Origin: Macrostomum hystrix
Lineage: Eukaryota > Animalia > Platyhelminthes
Direction of reading: 5' to 3'
DNA length: 64,000 nt
Assembly (NCBI GenBank): GCA_950097015.1
Contig: CATNEN010000011.1
Location: forward strand, 4,836,001-4,900,000
This document shows, piece by piece, positions 11,710 through 24,758 of this stretch (positions are counted from its first letter, which is position 1; the number at the start of each line of letters is the position of its first letter). Below the pieces are notes generated by a model. That model was given only the letters and a program-made list of their open reading frames with translations. It was not told where the DNA came from and ran no database searches. Both the position numbers and the translations under genes were made by a program.

Positions 11710-13527
11710 AGTACTCCGTATGACAGAAGCCACCTTGCGGACACAAACTTGTTTTTTATCCAGATTATCATTGAGCCTAGACATGAAAAGCAACTATGTC
11801 GATTACATTTTTTTCTGAAAACCGACGACTTATAACTGTAGCTTTTGCCTAAAATTGGTTCTTTTATTATTTACTTTTTTTAGCGTTTGGTAAACTCCTT
11901 TGTTTTTTATAGTATGTCGTTGTGTCTTTTTGAGTTGTTTTAGAAATATTCAGTTATATTTTTTGTCAGGCCGTACCATTTTATACATCCCCGGTACATT
12001 CTATAGCCAATGAGCTTGCAAGGCACATGCTGCATATGATAGCATAGACTTCAAGGTCGAAAAACAATGAATACTTTAAGTCAATAAGCATCGGACTAAA
12101 ACAGGTAGAGGGGGTAGGTATTCGTTTATTGTACACAATAACTACCACACTTAGACTACCAAACTGTAATCAATTAATTTTTTTACAATTTAAGAAATTA
12201 ACTTTTAAAAGTATTTTTACAATCCTGTGATCTGCAAGCCTGTAATAATACACTATGTTATCTTTAGTCGTAAATGATTTATTCTAAAAATAGCTTTTAA
12301 TCCAAATATTTCTTTTTGTTTTACGCATTGTCGTAGCAAACCACATTTCTATTTTACAAATAGTTACACACTCTAGCCGATTGCTCAAGGCAACTGCCCC
12401 CTTTGTTATGAAAAACTGGTGTCACCTCTCTTCATTTTCATAACCATCAAACGACATTACTAAGGCGAAATTGAAAGCATGACAATCTTGTTTGTTGTGT
12501 TTAAACAGTGTTTTTTTCCTAGTTGTCGACATTCTACTCAATAATTAATAGAGAGAAAAAAGCCAGGACAAATTGATTTTGCTAATTATAAGTTATTATA
12601 TGCAGATCGAAGCTTTTCGCTCCTTTAAAAGATTAACACACGAATAAAAGATCAGCAACTCGCAGACTCATGCGATCAGAATTAACCAAGTTTGCAAAAA
12701 TCTAGCGGAGGAGGGTTGGCTGTTTCGTGAGCTAAGCACGGTCATTGATGAATCTGTAGCAAATCGTAAAATTGTTATTGTATCGTACTTACTAAAAATA
12801 GTTTTCTGTCGTAGAAATTTCTATAATTTTCTTAGACTTTCTTTAGGAATTGTTTGCATTCCAATTTATTGATATGAAATAGATAAATTATTTAAAGCAT
12901 ACGCATTTACTTTGTTTGTATCAACCCTAGTCTGTACGAAATTAGTTATATTATATTTGTTATAATTGTAAAGAACTTTCCAGAAAGCCGTTAATAACTA
13001 TAAATATACAGGAGGTACCCAGCCTAAAGTTTAACCGTATTTTTACTACTTCAAACACAACCTTAAAACTACAAAAGAACCACCGCCTTTACGCCTTGCA
13101 TTTATTAAAACACCTCTACAAATCCGCTAATCAACAGGATTTACCTTTACGCACTGCTAACCGACAATGACAGTACACACATCAAACTTGACAAAGCTAA
13201 CAGAGGCACTGGAAAGCAAAAGACTAAAACAATAAGCAAAAACTTTAAGATGTACAGCTCGAGTTTTCGACGCGTTTACAGTTTAGACAGAAAATGACCA
13301 CAAAATGTTAGCATCGAAGGTAAAGACAGAAATGTATCTACACTTACACACGAAATTTACTGGACTTTAAGTCGAAGTGAATGATGTGAAATTTCTAGCG
13401 AGCAGATAATTTTTATTCCAAACAGTACGTTAGTATCATATTGATAATGTCGTTTTCATAAACGTTTAAATATTTTAAATATGGCCTTAAAATCAGAAGC
13501 GGTACTAGAGCCTTCAGAGATTTACTG

Positions 13528-14073
13528 TTAAGTTGCATCGTCAGTAGAGACAATTGGATGATTCGGTGGTTCAGGAAATTTGTAAGGCCCACTGGTTTCC
13601 GTTGTTTTCAGATCCAACATTCTTCCGGTGCTGGCCACTAGAAGCAGGGCAGCAGCCAGAGCAAATGCACTCACCAAGCCAGTAACCACCCACACAAGCC
13701 ATTGGGAATCTTGGGATGCAGAAACGGTGCCTTCGCGAGCCTCAATGAAGCATGCTTTTTCCAACGGACCTATTTTTAATCGCTCTTTATTGACACCATT
13801 TTTCGGTGAACCGAACCTGGAGGCGCGAAGGCCCGAGCAGGAGCAGTTAGCCTGCCACGCCGTTGACAGGCCGATACGCAGTCTAGCAGGAAGGACGTCC
13901 AGTCTCGCTCTCAGTAATTCCCATCTAGGACATGGAAAGCAGAGGCATCGCTCCTCGGCTCCCGGAAAGGTGGTACCGACGCTGCACGGCAGCTGCTGTT
14001 CAGCTGTAGATCCTTGATGCGCCAACAGGTGATGGAGTAGGATTGTTTTCAGAATTAACAGCAACTTAGTCAT
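13528..14073 (-). CDS. Small type I membrane protein, 181 aa: signal peptide, Cys-rich ectodomain, one TM helix
   Basis: MTKLLLILKTILLHHLLAHQG leader, 7 Cys, WLVWVVTGLVSAFALAAALLLVA TM segment. A short in-frame intron near 13770-13820 is possible. Confidence 0.65.
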   Translation of the reverse strand: MTKLLLILKTILLHHLLAHQGSTAEQQLPCSVGTTFPGAEERCLCFPCPRWELLRARLDVLPARLRIGLSTAWQANCSCSGLRASRFGSPKNGVNKERLKIGPLEKACFIEAREGTVSASQDSQWLVWVVTGLVSAFALAAALLLVASTGRMLDLKTTETSGPYKFPEPPNHPIVSTDDAT

Positions 14074-14547
14074 GTCTCAGCTGCAGGCCTTCTAACCTGG
14101 CAGTGTCTTGTAAAGCAATTTAAGCGCACTTATGACTATATGAATACAGGGCGCAAATTATATTTTCAACATGTATTCTGTAGTGGCGTGAGCTTTGCTA
14201 TGCTAGGTATTATGCTTGTCCGCGTACACTTGTGCAAGCGCTGCACACTAGCGCGCAATGGTCACACGTGCAGTCATTTTATCTCTTGCAATCTTGATTA
14301 ATGCTTTAAGAGGCTTGAAATTAAACAAATGCACATATTTAACGATCTGTCAGCTTTTTTGCACTGCCATTCGCAGTATAAGCGATATTCCGCATTATTT
14401 GGAAGAGTGAAAATTAAAGGAAAAAATGCTCGAAATTCTTTCAGAATCTGACTTCAGAAACCTTCAGTTTCATAACAACAAGCTCTTCAATTGAATGCAC
14501 ATAGCGCAGTCTTTACCAATGTAGAGTTATTTGTGGCAACTTGGAAA

Positions 14548-14790
14548 TGGCACATCATTTGGTGACACTAGACCCGCAGCCAGCGAGAAGGCAGTTCTGC
14601 CCATCTCGCTGACTCCTGAGCACACACTCACACAGGTGTGCACACCTGCCCCTAACTTTCTCATCGTTAGACGGTGCACTCTCTCACTGTGCCTTGGCCG
14701 CTGCGCCCCAAATGAGTTGGCCTCGTGGCGAAATCGAGGCCAGGGACATTGGTGCGAGAGGCACCTGCAATACCCTTGCTTAGGGCTCGT
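14548..14790 (-). mobile_element. Family A tRNA-derived SINE copy
   Basis: High similarity to 21560-21840 and to the reverse complement of 46360-46530 and 59600-59880. Confidence 0.75.
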
Positions 14791-15202
14791 TCACATTGCT
14801 ATCAAATGAATAGTTTTTGGTGTGAACTTGCTTGATGTTCAAAAAGATGCTATATAGTTATTAAAAAGGAATGCACAATCATCGTATTTTACAGCCTCGT
14901 TTGATGCCAAATTTAACCAACATTTAGCAATGCTTACTTCTGCAGCGTTATCATTTTTGGTACCCCTCGCCAGTGCGTTTAATATTTCACTTTTATACAT
15001 TCAGTTCTGAGTAATGTTTATATTTCGCAGCTTCGACAAGTTTCGGTTTCAAGTTGAGTGAGGTGTCGTCTCCATGTGATTTTCTATTCCATCCAAGCAT
15101 TAGTAGGAGAACTTCTTTTTCTTAAATAGAGTTCGTCTTATTACGAGCGTACTTTAGGAAGTAAATCTGCAGTGATGTCAATAACTCATCAGCAATATTT
15201 CG

Positions 15203-15355
15203 GGACGCATCATTTCAACATACAATTAAAGTCTTTGTATGTGTACGCATCATTTCAACATACAATTAAAGTCTTTGTATGTGTACGCATCATTTCAACA
15301 TACAATTAAAGTCTTTGTATGTGGACGCATCATTTCAACATACAATTAAAGTCTT
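15203..15355. repeat. 40-bp tandem repeat, about 3.8 copies
   Basis: acgcatcatttcaacatacaattaaagtctttgtatgtgt repeated in register. Confidence 0.95.
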
Positions 15356-15899
15356 ACATACAAAACAAAGAGCACGAGCTTTGTGTTTAAAATTAGAGCA
15401 AGAACTGTCCCGACATAAACAGGTATAATGTTGCTGCATTCCGTTTTATAGTGTCGTAAACAAAAATTGTTAAATGTACGAGCACGTGTGCGTGTGACTA
15501 AATCAGCGCATTATTGTGTCGATACACATCTTAGTATTGGAAACAGTATCAAATAGCTGATCTGCAGAAGCGGTTCAGTCCATGTATTGCTATTTTATAC
15601 ATTTATATTAACAAATACGGTACACACCAGTTAAAAGTTTGTTTGTAGCCATCATGAATATTGCTACCTTAACGAACTTGCAAACTTCATGCTTAGAAGT
15701 CCGGATGTATATGTATTTAATTCATTATCTAGAATACAGGAAAGGTGGTATTTTCAGAACGAGCATGGCAGTAAGTGTTCTGAAAGCGATAGATAATCAG
15801 TTCTTAAAGCTTTTGCCAGTATTTATTGACTACGATTTCTCCATTTGCATTCTCATTTGACACGTGGTATTCTCCGACAAGCCGGAAGAATAAGGTACA

Positions 15900-16109
15900 A
15901 TGTCTAATGTTATTTTCCCGTCGTCTTGTTCTGCATCGGCAGCTCTGGCGGCTCTGGTGGGTCTCGCGGTCTTGCTGGCGGAGTTGTCTCCGAAGCCCTG
16001 GGCTGTTGATTGTGGATGCAGGCTCCGTATACAAATCTGGCTCGAACCGGTTGATCCGGCCTTCTTAATTTATTATAGGTCTCGTCTTCAAAGCTATGAT
16101 GCTGCTTAG
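15900..16109 (+). CDS. Possible small secreted or membrane peptide exon
   Basis: GC-rich island with hydrophobic ALAALVGLAVLLAEL after a pyrimidine-rich cggcag acceptor-like site; start exon unresolved. Confidence 0.3.
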   Translation: MSNVIFPSSCSASAALAALVGLAVLLAELSPKPWAVDCGCRLRIQIWLEPVDPAFLIYYRSRLQSYDAA

Positions 16110-19100
16110 TATCGTTCTTCTTGTCTGAAGAAATTGTCGGAAGAAGCAATGACCCTGGTGTACATGCCCAGTTGGGCCAAGTGTACAGCAAAGAGGCCGT
16201 ACAGCTGTTCAGTCCGTGGACTGGAGAGGCCGCCAAACCCCCCCAAATTTCCCCGCTTCTACGCAAATTAATCGCCTAGTTACAAACTGCCAATTAGCTA
16301 GCTGTTACCAATGTCATCAACTTACCCATTGGAAACTGCTCCGAGGTAGGACTTGAACTAAGGATAAATTTAATTCCACTTTGGAATACAATACGCAAGT
16401 CAGAATTAAGGAAGTTGATCTTAACTTCTAAATTTACTGTCTGTAAAATAGTTCATATTTCTCAGCGAAATCGATTCTATTGGCAAGCTGCTGCTGTCCA
16501 ATGTGAGGGCTTCAAAGCAGAGCCTGAATATTTCTACCATGACTGAAATCTAAGATATGCTTTAAATCGAGACACGTATAAAGGAAATTTATGGACGTTA
16601 TGAAAGACACCTGGTATGCAAAAACAATCCGTTACATATAGCTGACATGGTTACACATTGACATTTTGTGAGCAGAAAAATGGTGCAGATATTGGTGCTT
16701 TTTGCCACGAGACACCCTGACGGGAATCATTGAATATCTCGACGATGTCTTTATTTTGTAAATTCTGTTTGTTTTTGTTCATTGGAAAAAGCGGAAAATT
16801 TTCGCCCCGTTTTTGAATTGTCATGACGATTGGGGCAGGTAACGAGAGAGAGGTAAGAAAATAATAGGGCAGGGTGCGTCACGACAATTATAATTAATTC
16901 TCTTTGCATCAAGGAAATACGAGTTGCATTGTACTGAGGACTTGCCGCTTTATCGGCTGTGTTGTACGTGGGAAATTCCAATGCATGCTTCAGCAGTTAA
17001 TCCAGCAGTTTGTGGCAGCCTCTTAAGTCCACGGACGAAATAGCTGTACACAGCCTTTAAAAGCGCCTGTGACTGCCTGTACCAGTGTGCGACCCAACTG
17101 GGCTCGTATGTCTTATTTATTTTTAAATCAATCTGTAATATAGTTTTCACTATATAGCACAAAGCGTATTTCGAAATTTGAGCAGCAGGCGAGAACATCT
17201 TACAATTACCTTCGACAGGAACCTCTTCCGGGGTTCGACCCCGGGAAACGACTTTAAGTTGAGTCTGACTCAAATGAGGAAGCAATTGAGTCAAAATGTT
17301 TTATAGAACTGTTTTATAGAACCGGCTCAGAGTCTTTTAATCGCCAGTCATTGTGTCTTTCTGTGGCCCTGTTAAGTAGGTGTGTAGAAAGTAGTAAAAT
17401 ATGCCATTTGTTTAACGCGCTACTTAAAGTAATATTACAAGGAAACCTAAGCTGTAATTTGAATCTATTTTTAGGAATGAGTCATGACGACTAATATGCT
17501 ATTTTTAGAAACAAATACCGGTGACTTAAAACGACGGCTGCATGCATTGCTCATACTTCCATATATGGTAATGCTCACTTGAAAACCCCCAAAATGCAGC
17601 TGAACAAACAAGTTTGACCTCGCTGTGCAAATATTTATTCCCTAAGTAAACACACTGAACTAAAGCGGTTTTCCCCAAAAATCTACTATAAATACAAGTT
17701 AAAATTCAGACTCGGAGCGGTCCAACGGACTTCAAAACTTCTTTAAGAAGAAGAGGACTCATCTATGAGGAAAAGACAATTGGTAAGCGCTTTACTAGGC
17801 AGAGTTATTTATTGCTAACAATCGTTGTTGAATTGAACTAAGTTTACAAGAGCCGTCGATACATTTGAGAAAGGCCTCCTTGTTTCCTAGGATACATTCC
17901 TAGAGGATTATTGATTGATTGATTTGAATTATCCGTTATCGACAGAGATTTTAATTGTTCACTAGGTCGCACGTTTCTATTGTGAATTCTGAGCTCGAGG
18001 AAACCGACAAGTGATCTGATTCGCTCTCGTCCTTTGTTGGCCAACAGATGAAGTCGAGCGCAACAGACCGGATCGACTAGCCGCTGCCAAGAAGACAAAG
18101 AAGACAAGAAGACTGCAAAGACTCAAGAAGCAACAGAACCGAAACTTCAAGGTCAATCAGCAACAAGGAGAAGAAGAACCGCCGACTTACGAAGACCAAA
18201 GACTAGGCGCAACTAGCCATCGAGGAAGAAGAAACCACTGCAGTAAGTGTCACGTGACACGTTATAAATTCCTAGGCAATTCTTCCCCATTGTCTAGAAG
18301 TGGGAGCTTTGTGTGTCTGATCAACACACAATGTTACCTCTTCAGGTATTGCTGTCGCGACCTTGACCATTAACTTGAATTCTCACTTAATGTTACGGTC
18401 GTAGCAACATTGATTGTCTATGGCTGAAACAGTGGGAAAGGAAGTTACGATGCGTACACATGCGCTCGTGTTTGTTCCCTAGTTTGTTCCCTAGAATGTG
18501 TTGGCAAGCATGCCTATGGCCAAAGTTGGAGGGAAGAACCTGCACTTTTATTATAGTCATTGTTTAGAGGCTGACCCTTACTAATTTACTGCAGTTTGGG
18601 GCAACTATATAGTCCAGTGGATAGCAGAATAACAAATTCGAATTTAGACCTCGTATCTTCTGCTTCTACAACCAATCGTCATAAGGCCATAGGTTTGCAA
18701 GCGACCAGCTAGGCAGCGACGTCGGCATTGATATTAGATAAAATTGATCAGCAGGTCTTTGCCGCAAGTCGGATGTTTTTACCAAAGTGATCGACACTTA
18801 CAACATTATACAAACATTATATCGACATTATACAAACGCATTCGAGAAAAAATAGTTAAAATATTGTAAGCTCGAGTAATTATAGAAAAACGAAGTAATT
18901 GCAGCGATAAAGTAATGAAGTACAACTGCAGTGTAGTTCTGAACATAGAAAGTAGAAAGTACCGCGAAATATTTAACAAGTTACTTTGAGAACAAGACAT
19001 AATTTTTATCGCCATAACTCCAGTTCTATTATTTGCAAACAAGTTCGATTTTGAAACAAGGAAATTGTTAAAGAGCCAAGCGCAGGGAAATTTTGTTAAA

Positions 19101-19497
19101 GAACTTTTTTTCCACGAAAACGTAGGTAATTTCATGGAAGAAACAAGTGAAAAGTTAACGGTTTTTTTCAAAAGAGGTGGTGCATCAGAACTATTGTGCT
19201 GGGTGCGTTTCCTGCTTTGGACTTTCGAAATTCGAAATTAACTTTTGTTTTAAATGTTTCTAACAATAATGTATGTATATATGTACACATGTATGAATGT
19301 ATGAAAAATGACTCCTAATCCCTAATCTACATCTTGTGACGTTGTCACTTGTTGAAGGCGCCCCTGCAATATTACTCTATGCGTGACTATATGCTTAATT
19401 TCCTAATTATGTACTAGCTTGGGCCGTTTTAACTCATCGTATAATATCATCCAATTCTGTTAATTTATATTATTAAGTCAAATTATTAGTGCGCTAC

Positions 19498-19894
19498 TGT
19501 CAGTAACCATAAACGCATATCGCGCCATTCTAGCTATTTCATACGCGTATCTTAATGTATTTCCCCCCCCCGGCCAATGAGCGTGCGAGCTCTGGCTGGC
19601 CGGAAGTATCGATCGCTATGTTTTTCAGTCAGCCTAGTTTACTTAATCAAGGGCTTCAGGCCCGCTCGCGCTTCACTTTCTTTCTTTCATTCGTTCGTTC
19701 TTTCCTTCCTTCCGTCTAGCCATTCTCGCCCTTCTACGTTTCGTGCTGTGCCATTCTCTCACTACACTCCACTACATTCGGTTCTGTTCGTGTCCAACCA
19801 TCACCATTAACGAGCTCCTACGCCTTACATAACGCCCTGCTTGTCGACGTCCCAGTGCACCCAGAATAAAAGTGCTACCGCTACATCACAGACA
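19498..19894 (+). mobile_element. Possible solo LTR, about 397 bp
   Basis: TGTC...GACA ends, AATAAA near the 3' end, GC shift; the flanking 4-mers ctac/ttac match imperfectly. Confidence 0.4.
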
Positions 19895-21028
19895 TTACTG
19901 ACTCTGAATTGCCAAACTTACAAATGCCGCTGCTCTGACTTCGACTTCGTCCTTTGCGTTTTAATCGTCACAATCTCACGACTGTATGCATAAATAATGA
20001 ATTTCTTCAGTCCTCCGACTTGGGAGGCCACCAACACCCAGTAAATTTCTACCACACTTGGAATTCGTATTTTCTGCTTGGAGAACCTGGCTATTCAGAA
20101 CTGAGTGTCTTGCTTAAGAATGGTAACTATTTTTTTATTGGTTGAAATTGTGTGCTAGGGCTATATGTTATGATATTCAATATTTCACCGCTGTTATCAA
20201 AGAATTGTTACATGCGTGTTTAAACAATACTGGCTTTTATAAGAAAATCCCACCGAATGGCACCAAAGTTGTACCAGGGCGGATCTTACTGCTGCTGTCT
20301 CAATTTAATTGATATTTAGACTGGCGGTCCTTAAATGGGCCGTTTTAACTCCTCAATATGGTAGCGTATGTATTGCACGAGCGGTAATTAGGCAACTGTA
20401 TGCGTTTCCAGTCAATTAGGCGTCCCCGAGATTAGAGTTTAGCAGTTTCCCTTTTGTAATATTCTTGGTATTAATCTGAGTACAATTCTTAGTATGGTTC
20501 TTTAGAATAGTTCTGAGTATATTCCTCAGTGTTTTCCTCTCTTAAAATGAATAACACAAATCACCTCTTTTCAATGCACTCCTTTTATATCTTGGATAAA
20601 CACTTTCAAGCAACGACTTTCAACGACTTTCAAGGACTTTCAAGTTTACTCACAAAGTTTTTCAAGCTTTAATAACAACTACTACAAGGTTATTTTTCTG
20701 TCTGAAAATTGCGGCTATTTATACGCACAGGATTTCCGCATTTGTTAAAATGGCGGATTTTAGCAAAATAATATTTATACGGTAGTCATTAAAACAGAAG
20801 GATTTTATACAGTATTATTTTTATTACGGAAAAAATTAAAACGAATATTTTATTTTTTGGCGCATTTTCAACTTTAAGATTTTTTATGATTATTTTTATA
20901 AGGTAAAACGTATTTACAAAATGAAAACGCATCTACACGAAAACATACTATTACAATTGTAACTACCGGACTTCTAATTACTCATTATTAGTAATATATA
21001 TTAAAGCGACAGACCGCAGTCACAAAAT

Positions 21029-21478
21029 TCATTGTTTGTCTGCAGCATTTTGCTCATCGATTTCAATTATTACTGGTGGCTCGTCCTCTGTTGCTTTCTG
21101 GCCATCAGCTTTCAAAGTTTGCTCACTAGACGCAAATGCATTTAATCTGCTGTACTTAGCACCTTTGCACTTTCTGACAGCAAGCACACTAAAACCAATG
21201 GCTGCAGCAATAAGAAACAAGCTGCTAATAAAAACCGTGGTAAAAAGAGCTGGATCAAACGCGGCCTCTGATTGACCAATCAGACTCAGCCTCAATTCCG
21301 TTGACGCTGCACTGGCAGCAGTTGACAACGGCATTGCAGACTGGCTGTTTAGGTTCAGCGATGCTGCTGTTTCTTGATCGATCGGCTCTTCAGTGAGACT
21401 CGAAGCGTCAACTGCTTGCTGCACCGAAACCGCTGACCAAAGCAGCAAGACGGCAACATTGATTCGCACCTTGGCCAT
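21029..21478 (-). CDS. Small type I membrane protein, 149 aa from MAKVRIN
   Basis: Acceptor-like ttttcag just upstream of the ATG at 21478; leader VAVLLLWSAVSVQQAVDA; TM LFTTVFISSLFLIAAAIGFSVLAV followed by RKCK and KYSRL. The upstream part of the tracked ORF is SINE sequence. Confidence 0.7.
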   Translation of the reverse strand: MAKVRINVAVLLLWSAVSVQQAVDASSLTEEPIDQETAASLNLNSQSAMPLSTAASAASTELRLSLIGQSEAAFDPALFTTVFISSLFLIAAAIGFSVLAVRKCKGAKYSRLNAFASSEQTLKADGQKATEDEPPVIIEIDEQNAADKQ

Positions 21479-21559
21479 TGTCTGAAAATTTATTAAAGAG
21501 ACATTAACAGTTTTTGGTTTTAATAATAATAGTGGTACTTGCAGGAGGGCTGCGGGCAA

Positions 21560-21840
21560 TGGCACATCATTTGGTGACTTTAGACCCGCAGCCAGCGAGG
21601 AGGCAATTCTGCCCATTTCGCTGACTCCTGAGCAACACACTCACACGGGATGTGTACATCTGCCCTGACTTTCCCATCGTCAGGCAGTGTACACCCTCAC
21701 TGTGTCCTGGAGGTTGGCCCTCAAGGGCGTCAATTTCACGACAAGCCCACAAGCCTTCTCTCCGCGGCTGCGTCCCATATATACGTGACCTCGCCATGGA
21801 ATCAAGCTCAGTGACCTTTGTGCGAGAGGCAAACGGTTTA
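21560..21840 (-). mobile_element. Family A tRNA-derived SINE, near full length
   Basis: Collinear with the reverse complement of 59600-59880, including the head. Confidence 0.75.
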
Positions 21841-22859
21841 GACCGCTCTGACACTCACCCTCTAGTTTTGAGAATAATTAGAAACGTATTAATTTTCCGA
21901 GTTAGGACACAGCGACGAATATCAAACATCAACCATAGGCCTAGGCATTCCGGGCGTACGTGTAGTTACTAAATTTAATTATATACAGTTTCCCATAAAA
22001 TTTTCGAATGATATTTTACGACAGCACAAACAATGCTCTGGTGGGGCTGGGGCTGAGGCTGGGCATACTACTAGCATATCTTAAATACGTCCCTCAATTT
22101 CTGGAAAGTGAACTACCCTAGGCCTAACCAACAAAGTTGATTCGAAATAAGTAAAATACTCGTATCTGTGTATTTTTTCGATTTGCTTTACTCTTTTAGT
22201 TTCAGGCGAAAAATTCTTCGTACGTCAAAAATAAACAAGCAAATCGAACTGTATAATATGAAGTTGGGCCATATACTCGTACTTTCAAAATGAGGACATC
22301 CTACTGAAAAGCCACGTTAAACTATATTCAATAAATTAATAATATAGTTAATACCATACCTGATCCTCGTTTTGGCTTCGGTAAGCAAACAGCAATATAC
22401 TCAGTCCCGCGATACTGCCAACAAGAGCAATTAACAATGAGATGTTTCTTATTATCATTGTACTCGTAGCTTAAAATAAATGCTACCAGACAAAGAGAAC
22501 TTTCCAATTGTACTCAAAGCACTGTACTCACTTTGAGACTGTACTCACAGCATTTTTAGATTTTCTTTCTCTGGTTTTTAGTAAACTCTTTCTCACGTAC
22601 CTCTCATGTTTCTCACGTTTCTCACGTTTCTCACGTATCAAGTATCTCTTATCTCTTTTAGTAAACTCTTTCTCACGTAGATTCTTACGAAAGGTTCGTA
22701 CTTTCTCACGAACCTTAAAACTGAAGGACCTTTTTAGAAGGAAAATTTTATTCAAGTCTTCATTGCATTGGGGCTTTCTACAAAATGTATTCGTGAAATG
22801 GTCCCGAAAGATAAGCAAATGTGCCACATTCGCCCTCACGAAAGGCCCCCTAGCCTCGT

Positions 22860-22950
22860 CACAAAATAAATGTGGCCTCGCCGCGGAATCGAGCTCAGGG
22901 ACCATGGCGCGAGAGGCAAACGCATCACGAGCTAGACTGCTCTGCAACTC
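22860..22950 (-). mobile_element. Family A SINE head fragment
   Basis: tgtggcctcgccgcggaatcgagctcagggaccatggcgcgagaggcaaacg. Confidence 0.65.
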
Positions 22951-24283
22951 AACCCATCGTTACCCTGGAGTGCCCTGCAGAATCCACCTTAGAGAAACCT
23001 TGCTGGAAGTCTCTAAGTGATTGAATTGTGCGATGACGACTGTGTACGAAAGCTGTGTTCGTGCGTCTAAGGACGTGGATCGCCGCACGGCGACAATTAG
23101 TGGATTCCCAATGAATTCCAGCGAGTCGGAGGGTCTCTATCTGTCGACGAGTTCGTTGAAATTGATTTTGAGAATTTTCGCTGTGCCGCCTTATCAGGCT
23201 CCCATTCCGATCGCTCTGTTGTTGGACCACCCGTTTGCTTTGCTTGTAGTATCTTAAATAGAAATTTTTATTTAAATCTTTCAAGTCTTTTAAAGAAAGA
23301 CTTGCACTTGATATTAACAAATTTTATGTGGAAGGGATTTTTTTTCTTCCTTATGCTACGGCGCAATCATTGCCTTTAGAGTTTAAAAATATAACTCAAT
23401 TTTTTAGTACATGATATAAAAACATTATTTGAGCTATCGTTAAAGAGTAGTAAATATCAGAAAAATACATTGACTCAATCATTTTGAGTCTTTCTTTGGC
23501 ATTCCTGCTGGCATTTCTGGCGCTGAACCTCAAGCACGATCGGGACACAGAAAACGCCTTGGAGATAAAGGAGATTTTACTAGGCCTCATAAATCCCAGG
23601 CGAGCTAGAAATTCGACAGTGCGAAATGTCTTGCGCAATATTCTGCTTCAGCAGTAACTTTTTTCATGAAATTTTTTTTCAAAAACTTGTTATGAAACTC
23701 ATTATTAATTGTCTTGCAGTGTCTAACTCCTGTAGAGTTAGTGTCTTGTATTTGTTTCAGAAGGTTCGTAACCTCTATTTTCATTTTGGATCATCAATTT
23801 TGCGAGTATGTGTTTCAATTAATTAATATATATATCAGGTAGTTCCGCATTACTTTAGTTCCATATTTGCAGTCCTATACAACTGGATTTTCCAGCCAGA
23901 CAATTGCATCAAAGTGTACTGTGAATGTACAAAATACCGAGTACATGTTGAGTTGGGTTGTCTCTCCCGGATAAGGTAAGAGATATTTTCCCCGAGAAGT
24001 AGAACAATATTGTACAGTGGGTAGTAATTAAATCTAGCAGTACCAAGAAAGCAAATAGCTGACAGAATTTTACGGAAAAATCTAAGAAATTCATTTGACT
24101 CACGCGAGTAGCACGAACAAATATGGTGAATGTTTGACTCAAAAATATTTGAGTCAATTTTATAGCATCTAAGAGGCGGCAAACTCTTGTGTAAGAAGTT
24201 CCAAATTTTTGTTCTTCCGGATCGATGCGTTTCCTGAGCGAGCGACCATAAAAATTTCAACGCCCGAGCTCGCAATCGACTGT

Positions 24284-24758
24284 CTCGAGTGTCCATTTGT
24301 TTGGCAACCCGAAGCGGGTAGCACCAAGAGTTAACCTTGACGATGTGATAAAAAACATGCAGATAAAAATCGAACGAGAGCCTCTCAAGAAAGTGGCCCA
24401 TCTAACGACTCTAGCATACCTTTTCATTCGAACTACACGGGTGGATAGAGCTTTGGATAGAGCCAGCTCAGAAAGCCATTCTCGGAGTGAAGGGCGTCAC
24501 ATTCGACTGTTTCGGTCCGTTGAATTACGAAGCCATTTGTGGATCGAGCTGCGCATTGTTGAGCTACTGGTTGGAACTGAGAAGAATTCAGAAATAGTAA
24601 CCAGGTTGGAGTCGATTCGAGAAAGTTTTTCTAAGTATCCGAAAAATGTGTCTGTCGTCGAGTTTAATAAGACCTTGCACTTGATGAGAATGGGAAAGGT
24701 GCTGGACGCAATGAACTCATGTATTGCCGCTGTTGACGCCAGACGGGGATCTGTGTGA
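24284..24758 (+). pseudogene. IFIT-like paralog C, frameshifted and internally deleted
   Basis: LECPFVWQPEAGSTK, then a frame change to NLDDVIKNMQIKIEREPLKKVAHLTTLAYL, then ILGVKGVTFDCFGP in another frame, then HLWIELRIVELL...KNVSVVEFNK. All are collinear pieces of genes A and B with large gaps. Confidence 0.85.

Noticed and set aside
8971-11793. Antisense ORFs over the IFIT-like, CUB and cadherin coding regions
   Set aside because: Expected shadows of GC-rich coding sequence. The duplicated 62-aa antisense ORF (10728 and 27422) only reflects the shared tract.
15203-15355. 40-bp and 41-bp short direct-repeat clusters (also 61025-61140) as CRISPR-like arrays
   Set aside because: Units are contiguous with no unique spacers, the context is eukaryotic, and there are no cas genes.
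17980-18270. LTR-like GA-rich segment ending in the palindrome gtgtcacgtgacac
   Set aside because: No matching TG..CA ends with a TSD could be established; left unassigned.
21479-21640. N-terminal extension of the tracked 203-aa ORF
   Set aside because: It is intron plus family A SINE; the true start is more likely MAKV at 21478.
22508-23320. K/R-rich ORFs resembling nucleic-acid-binding proteins
   Set aside because: Built from degenerate tttctcacg repeats and a SINE head; no motif recognised.
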